A DNA stretch of 64,000 nucleotides, from positions 62,001-126,000 of the forward strand of contig NIVC01000888.1 of NCBI GenBank assembly GCA_002269645.1, given 5' to 3'. The notes under the pieces are model-generated. The model was not told the origin of the DNA. It did not search any database and saw only the letters and a list, made by a program, of their open reading frames with translations. A program made the position numbers and the translations under genes. The stretch comes from Macrostomum lignano. Taxonomy: Eukaryota. Shown here in pieces: positions 56,235 to 64,000 of this stretch. The stretch's first letter is position 1. Every line of letters starts with the position of its first letter.

Positions 56235-57048
56235 TATTTTGAAATCACTGGCACTCGCACTCGCACTGACGCTCGCACTGACACTCGCACTGACGCTCGT
56301 ACTGACACTCGCACTGACACTCGCACTGACACTCGCGCTGACAATCGCACTGACACTCGCACTCACACTGACACTCGCACTGACACTCGCACTGACACTC
56401 GCACTGACACTCGCGCTGACAATCGCACTGACACTCGCACTCACACTGACACTCGCACTGACACTCGCACTGACACTCGCGCTGACACTCGCACTGACAC
56501 TCGCACTGACACTCGCACTGACACTCGCACTCGCACTCGCACTGACAATCGCACTGACACTCGCACTGACACTCGCACTGACACTCGCACTGACACTCGC
56601 ACTGACACTCGCACTGACACTCGCACTGACACTCGCACTGACACTCGCACTGACAATCGCACTGACACTCGCACTGACACTCGCACTGACACTCGCACTG
56701 ACACTCGCACTGACAATCGCACTGACACTCGCACTGACACTCGCACTGACACTCGCACTGACACTCGCACTGACACTCGCACTGACACTCGCACTGACGC
56801 TCGCACTGACACTCGCACTGACACTCGCACTGACACTCGCACTGACACTCGCACTGACACTCGCACTGACACTCGCACTGACACTCGCACTGACACTCGC
56901 ACTGACACTCGCACTGACACTCGCACTGACACTCGCACTGACACTCGCACTGACACTCGCACTCGCACTCGCACTGACACTCGCACTGACACTCGCACTG
57001 ACACTCGCACTGACAATCGCACTGACAATCGCACTGACACTCGCACTG
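56235..57048. repeat. 12 bp minisatellite (GCACTGACACTC)
   Basis: Direct repeats. Confidence 0.96.
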
Positions 57049-57061
57049 GCGTGATTTAGGC

Positions 57062-58285
57062 TCAAGGAGGACCCCAAGGCGCAAAGTTTACGCACTTGGC
57101 CTGAGGATGAGAAAATCAAGGTAAATTGTAACAACATTCGTGCGTGTGCGTGCTCACGGACGTGCGGGATGTGCTCAGAAGTTAAAGGCAGCATCCACAG
57201 CCTCCTGCAGAATGTTCAAGTACGTCCTATCTAAACGACTGAGACCTATGCATGTAGGGAGAAAGTTCGATTTTGTGTCATGTGAGAATTCAAAGTGAGA
57301 CTGGAAAACTCCACGTACCCAGTGTAAACTTTTTAATAGTCATCAATCAGAGGAGCCAGTGCAACAACTCAACTAAGTTAGTTATTCATGGAGAGTCTGC
57401 ATGTCAGTTCTACATCACTCTTAAAATGTTGCTCGTGCTATCGCTGCGCAGTACAGGCTGCAGGGAGCGATGGAGCTTCGACATCTTTTCCATCTTTAAT
57501 CTAAGAAAGTATTCCCACAGATTTGGAGCAGGACTGATTGCCGAAACCCCGAGGGGTTGACAATCCCTCTTTCCTAAATATAAACAAAAACACTAATCGC
57601 ATTTTCTTCTGGAAGAGACGCGGCATCTGTCAGGTTACTGGTCACTTTTTAGCAATACAATGTGATAGGAATTTTCGTTGCAAATCGAGCTGCGCTTACC
57701 AATCACAATGCAGAGCTGGATGCAGAGAGTCTTGGACATCGTGTAGTCTCAATGGGCTGATTTTACCTGCCAAAAAATTATAATTGGAATAATTAGTCTC
57801 AAGCAGTTAACTGGAAAACTGAGAGTATTTCTTCGGGACTCAAGCAAAATCTGGAGGTCGGGAAGAGTTCCGCCCAAGTTAAAGCAGCAGAAAACTCATT
57901 AGTCAGATGACATTCTGACATGACTTGGAGGAATGCTCCTTCCCCCCCCCCAGAAATCCAAGAGTCGAAAGTGAGCACGAAGCTTTGAGTAAACTAACAG
58001 CGCTTCGGAGCCGGGTCCGGATCCAGCGCGATCTTAATCTCCGGAACCCTCACTGCGACGCGGTCAATTTGCTTTGCTTACCAAACTTTCTTGACCGGTA
58101 ATTTTCCAATCGTGTCGCTCGGCGATGCAGGAAGTCCTCGAGGGAATTCAACGCAAATAAGGAGACGAATGTCAAAGCGCGCGCAAGTATGAAGTCGGTT
58201 ATTTCTTGGCTCGGGATGGCAGCGAATCTTCCCCGCGGAGCGGCCGACGGATTTATGCGCCACCAGGAGGCTGGCCATAGGGGTC
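57062..58285 (-). CDS. Unidentified multi-exon gene (partial model)
   Basis: Exon-like pieces about 58285-58082 ([47 protein letters not shown]), 58052-57999 ([18 protein letters not shown]), 57500-57419 ([27 protein letters not shown]), 57100-57062 ([12 protein letters not shown]). The middle exons are unresolved. Confidence 0.4.
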
Positions 58286-59380
58286 CCTATTGGCCACGGG
58301 CCTACTCAGCTGAATGGATGAAGAGCTGGCTGTTCAGCCAATGCATATGAATCAGCCTACAGTCGCTCACAGCTGCGCGGTTTGCAAATCAGACTGCAGC
58401 CAAAACATGAACAATGAGCAGGTCACGAGTATACTACTGTTGAGATAAAAAAGTAGCCATTATTGAAAAATTCATCCACTTTTTAAGAAGCATCCTAGTT
58501 CCTTATAAGCTTCGTTGTTAGTCCACAGGGAGCATTCCGCTGAGACCCCTGAGCACGAACACGCGAGTGGGCACGCGCTCACGCTGGGTGTACAGTGGGC
58601 TTGACTATAGCCCCAAATTAATGCGGACGCACAATGAAGATACGAACCCGGGTACTTTGGCTCCAGTTTCGGACCATGCGATAACATTTGAGCCACAGAG
58701 CTATTTATGATCCCCATCGGTATAAAATTCACTCACCAGCACAGATAAGAGTTCGCTACGTATTGAAAATCATAATCATAAATTAAACCATACAATCATT
58801 ACAAGAAGTTCACATTTCAACAGCTGACGGTGTTATTAACAGTTTTATGGTTCCGGTATATCAAAAATCATTCTGAATTTACGCAAAAATCTAACCTTTT
58901 TAAAAAACCGTTTATCTATTTCGACTTTTAAAATCACATAATAATTTCATCTCAAATCCGAACTCAGTTATGGCTTGTTTTAACTACTACGTACGCACTA
59001 CGTGTACGGAGTCGAGAGAGAGAAAAGAAGTAATGATGACAAGCGAGTGCGTACGTAACCAATGCACGCACATTCATAGTCACATGACTTGTTCACCCGA
59101 GGGATTCTATTTTTAGCGCGTGTACAGGAGTCTATTGATCGGTTCTCTCCGCGGACGAACTGGTTTAGAAATTTCTAGAAAGCGTGAGCGACGCAAAGTG
59201 CTCTGCGCTGTGTTGTGCACCGCCAGTTTGCTTGCGTTTCCGTCTCTCCGATAAGAATTCATATAAGAGGCCTAAGTCAAGAGCAAGCCAACGCAGCTTT
59301 TGTATCGACACAAAAAACGCAACTACAACCAACTTTCACTCTTTTGCAAGCAAAGCTCTGCTAATCTTTGGCATCGAGAA

Positions 59381-61698
59381 ATGGCCCACGGAGGTGCAAC
59401 AAGTCAGTGCTTTCAAATCATGAAAGCTGGCTGGCTGCTCAGACAGAGTAAGTCAACTACGAATACGCTTGCTTTTTTCATTTATAATCCATAGAAATAA
59501 AGACTTTCCGTGACAATATTTGCGTTCTCCGGGATTTTATTTGGTAATATTCAATAATATACCGCAAAGTCTTAATGTCTATGGTTTATACGAGATTACA
59601 CATGCCTTTTTCGGGAGTTATTTTCATAAATCCCTCGGGCCTGACTCATGTTTAATCTGATACAGAATGCTAAATTTTTGTTTGTTTGTTGGCTTGTATT
59701 GGTTTGAACTATAGACTATAGATATGGTAAAATTTTGAAGCTGAAGCCTGAAGGAGTCGGTAGACAGCAGTGATCTACTGAGGAGAGTCGGTAGACAGCA
59801 GTGATCTACTGAGGGGAGTCGGTAGACAGCAGTGATCTACTGAGGGGAGTCGGTAGACAGCAGTGATCTACTGAGGAGAGTCGGTAGACAGCAGTGATCT
59901 ACTGAGGAGAGTCGGTAGACAGCAGTGATCTACTGAGGAGAGTCGGTAGACAGCAGTGATCTACTGAGGGGAGTCGGTAGACAGCAGTGATCTACTGAGG
60001 GGAGTCGGTAGACGGCAGTGATCTACTGAGGAGAGTCGGTAGACAGCAGTGATCTACTGAGGGGAGTCGGTAGACAGCAGTGATCTACTGAGGGGAGTCG
60101 GTAGACAGCAGTGATCTACTGAGGAGAGTCGGTAGACAGCAGTGATCTACTGAGGAGAGTCGGTAGACAGCAGTGATCTACTGAGGAGAGTCGGTAGACA
60201 GCAGTGATCTACTGAGGAGAGTCGGTAGACAGCAGTGATCTACTGAGGAGAGTCGGTAGACAGCAGTGATCTACTGAGGAGAGTCGGTAGACAGCAGTGA
60301 TCTACTGAGGAGAGTCGGTAGACAGCAGTGATCTACTGAGGAGAGTCGGTAGACAGCAGTGATCTACTGAGGAGAGTCGGTAGACAGCAGTGATCTACTG
60401 AGGAGAGTCGGTAGACAGCAGTGATCTACTGAGGAGAGTCGGTAGACAGCAGTGATCTACTGAGGGGAGTCGGTAGACAGCAGTGATCTACTGAGGAGAG
60501 TCGGTAGACAGCAGTGATCTACTGAGGGAGTCGGTAGACAGCAGTGATCTACTGAGGAGAGTCGGTAGACAGCAGTGATCTACTGAGGAGAGTCGGTAGA
60601 CAGCTGTAATCTACTGAGGAGAGTCGGTAGACAGCAGTGATCTACTGAGGAGAGTCGGTAGACAGCTGTAATCTACTGAGGAGAGTCGGTAGACAGCAGT
60701 GATCTACTGAGGAGAGTCGGTAGACAGCAGTGATCTACTGAGGAGAGTCGGTAGACAGCTGTAATCTACTGAGGAGAGTCGGTAGACAGCAGTGATCTAC
60801 TGTGGAGAGTCGGTAGACAGCTGTAATCTACTGAGGGGAGTCGGTAGACAGCAGTGATCTACTGAGGAGACTCGGAGTCGGTAGACAGCTGTAATCTACT
60901 GAGGGGAGTCGGTAGACAGCTGTAATCTACTGAGGAGAGTCGGTAGACAGCAGTGATCTACTGAGGAGAGTCGGTAGACAGCAGTGATCTACTGAGGAGA
61001 GTCGGAGTCGGTAGACAGCTGTAAGCAACATTTAAAGCGCTGCTTTACGTTCATTGGCAGGCGACATCCTTCACCGTTGGAAGAAATGCTGGACGGTAAT
61101 CTACGCCAACGGCGACTTAAAGTACTTCGAATCGCCAGACAAGCTGATCGCCGAAGAGACCCTCTCCATCCCTGTGGAGGTGCAGGGCACAATGCGCGGC
61201 GAGGCCTGCCGGGTCAGCCCGCCGGACGGTCGGCCCTACGCCGCTGTATTCGCTTTGTCCACGCCGGACAAAACTTGGCGCTTCTGCGCCGACGATCCGG
61301 ACGATGCGGACGCCTGGCTGCTGACGCTTGAGGAGGCGCGTCAGGCCAGACCGGCATCGGCGCCGCTGCCGCAGCAGTACCATCAGTACAGGCAGTACCA
61401 GCAGCCGCCTCCGCCGCCTCCGTACAGTCAGTACGGCTACGGGCCTCAGCCGGCTAATCAGGGACAGTACCAGTCGCAGCGGGTAATCTACGTTGAGAAC
61501 GGCTGCAACGTGCCGGCAAAGGTAATCTATCACCCGGACGGCAATACTGTGGTCGTCTACGAGGATGGCCGGCCGCCGTTCTGCCATCGGCACAGCTGCT
61601 ACGGCTGTCGGTCGTGCTGCGCCGGCGACGCGGCTCTGGGATTCGCGGCCGGAGCGCTGCTGTTCTCTCCGTTTCTCTGGTGGCCGATGTGGTGTTAA
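59381..61698 (+). CDS. PLEKHB2: Evectin / PH-domain family B protein
   Basis: Exon 59381 (or 59420)-59447 ends MKAGWLLRQ and joins 61061-61698 (SDILHRWKKCW...PPDG...FCADDPDDADAWLLTL, PPPY motif, C-terminal hydrophobic ALGFAAGALLFSPFLWW). This matches evectin architecture; B1 versus B2 cannot be resolved. Confidence 0.85.
59752..61020. repeat. 31 bp minisatellite in the PLEKHB intron
   Basis: GAGGAGAGTCGGTAGACAGCAGTGATCTACT repeats. Confidence 0.96.
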
Positions 61699-61989
61699 GC
61701 CAATGCAGCACTAAGCGCGTGTGTATAAAAACATTGAAATTTTATTCCTATTGCACACAAAGTCTATTCATGCTTTCGTTGCTTTTCTTGTGCTTAGTAC
61801 TCGTATTTGTTTAATGTTGCATTAATCTTATGCATAATCTCGGAAGATCCTACTAGCTTGTTTGCATAAAAACAATCAACTAAAAAAGAAATTCCCGACG
61901 AATTTTTTGTTACAGCGTTAAAGCAAGTAAGCTTAAATCACCTTCTACCCCTTTTTAGCAAGGCCCCCTCACGCACATCACCCTTACGC

Positions 61990-62775
61990 CAGGCCCTCAC
62001 CCCTCAAACCCATGCCAACACACCCGTCTGACGCCAGGCCCCTTTCTCAAACCCATTCATGCACACTCACCTCACGCCACGCTTCTTTCCTTACCCCTAA
62101 AACCCATGCCAACACACCCGTCTGACGCCAGGCCCCTTTCTCAAACCCATTCATGCACACCCACCTCACGCCACGCTTCTTTCTTTACCCCTCAAAGCCA
62201 TGCCAACACACCCGTCTGACGCCAGGCCCCTTTCTCAAACCCATTCATGCACACCCACCTCACGCCACGCTTCTTTCTTTACCCCTCAAACCCATGCCAA
62301 CACACCCGTCTGACGCCAGGCCCCTTTCTCAAACCCATTCATGCACACCCACCTCACGCCACGCTTCTTTCTTTACCCCTCAAAGCCATGCCAACACACC
62401 CGTCTGACGCCAGGCCCCTTTCTCAAACCCATTCATGCACACCCACCTCACGCCACGCTTCTTTCTTTACCCCTCAAACCCGTGCCAACACACCCGTCTG
62501 ACGCCAGGCCCCTTTCTCAAACCCATTCATGCACACCCACCTCACGCCACGCTTCTTTCTTTACCCCTCAAACCCGTGCCAACACACCCGTCTGACGCCA
62601 GGCCCCTTTCTCAAACCCATTCATGCACACCCACCTCACGCCACGCTTCTTTCTTTACCCCTCAAACCCATGCCAACACACCCGTCTGACGCCAGGCCCC
62701 TTTCTCAAACCCATTCATGCACACCCACCTCACGCCACGCTTCTTTCCTTACCCCTCAAACCCATTCCCGCACAC
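61990..62775. repeat. 94 bp minisatellite, about 8 copies
   Basis: ORF starts recur every 94 bp (62153, 62247, 62341...). Confidence 0.95.
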
Positions 62776-64000
62776 ACACCTCACATCAAGCTTTCAAACC
62801 CTCAAACCTCAAAGGAAGCTCACACCAGAGTTCTATCCGAACCACTGCCTCGCGCCCGCATCTCATCCTGTCTTAATTCTCATCTATCTATCCTGCAGTG
62901 CAAGAGCACTTAGTTTGCCGACGGCCGCCTTCCGATCCGAGCAAAGAGTGCAGAGGTAGTGTACTAAAGTATCAAACAAAATTTTCAGCAATCATTTATT
63001 TTTCCGGTTCATACAAATTTATACTGATTACAACTAGATACTGGTAGAATTGCGATTTTATCTGTTGTATTCGAATATTTTGCTTCATTTAAGCCTAAAA
63101 CGGTATTTACCAACAGCTTTTCATTAACGATACTTGCGTAGTTGCTGTTTTATTTTCATTTTCATTATTTAAAACTATATATAGCTTCATTTATGTACTG
63201 GTTTTCCATTGATTTCTTTCCCCAATATGTCGAAGGTGTCTGTGTGATATAAATATTTATCAAATATAAACTACGAGTATTTTTAAAAATTAATTATCAA
63301 ACAATAATGAATGCTTATTAATCATTTATTAGAGGCAGAAAATCAAGAGCGGCTTATGCCAAGTGTGCAGAACACCTGAAATATTTGAGACACAAAGGAG
63401 AATTCGCTTACTGTTGGTTAACAATAGCAAGATAACAGGATTCGAAAATCAGTTGCTACTCTGTAAATTGAAGAAAAAAGATACACAAGCACATTGAGAC
63501 AGTGGCACAACAGCATCCGTGTTACTTTGCAGTGATAAAATAGTTATGAATTCATTTTATCGGAATGTTAGGCATTGAAGCAACGGGGTTGGGCTAACTA
63601 CTTGAGTCTTTGCAGTATAGTTAGACTGGGTCGTTTTAAAAAAAGTTAATTTACAAGGACATTCAGCAAGCAAGGTTTCTCATCGACAATTACACCATAT
63701 CCGAATTTGAAACAATGGTCGTCTAGATTAAACAAAATCACGATATTTTGTAACTGCTTCAAGTGTACCCAACCTGTACTGTGGCGAAGTAAAGTCAGTT
63801 CGGTAATATTGTAACTTAGCTACTATATTACAGTACAAGTAGTATAGTGAGCGGTCTGCGTGCTGCAGATTGAATTTTGTGAAATCACAGAAATTGCAAG
63901 AAGAAAAATCTGTGCAAAAATTATTATCAGAGAAACTATAAAGACTTTAAAGCTCACTTAACGCCAAGTCCGGAACGGACAATGCGTTCGTTTGCTCTGT

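Noticed and set aside
57059-57120. Plus-strand exon [20 protein letters not shown]
   Set aside because: It has AG/GT ends but no partner exons; the minus-strand reading joins neighbouring exons better. Not fully excluded.
56187-57194. Metallothionein-like (CQCE)n and antifreeze-like (LALT)n ORFs
   Set aside because: All six frames derive from a 12-bp minisatellite.

Overview
Eukaryotic (animal) genomic DNA. GC-rich, Ala/Gly/Gln-rich exons are separated by introns largely filled with unrelated mini- and microsatellites; this style suggests a free-living flatworm such as Macrostomum (inference, not proven). Genes reconstructed by hand-splicing: xanthine dehydrogenase 5' half (-), cation-dependent M6P receptor (-), EXOSC10/RRP6 (-), ATP synthase CF6 (-), CAF-1 p150 (-), 14-exon CCDC87 (+), a divergent tandem-repeat galectin (+) and evectin/PLEKHB (+). 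Three models are invisible in the ORF track: a 102-aa neuropeptide-precursor-like gene (-, 50461-55505), a TNF-like ligand fragment needing a 26-nt intron (-, 48854-49900), and an unidentified multi-exon gene (-, 57062-58285). Mobile DNA includes a decayed THAP/P-element transposase, a tRNA-derived CORE-SINE, TA-flanked and Harbinger-like MITEs, and a 1.16-kb structured non-coding insertion that splits a 46-bp minisatellite. Most long ORFs in the supplied track are artefacts of tandem repeats. The main items for follow-up are the prohormone-like gene, the structured insertion, a splice-acceptor cassette copied from CCDC87 into another gene, intronic arrays built from splice signals, and one minisatellite family shared by three genes.
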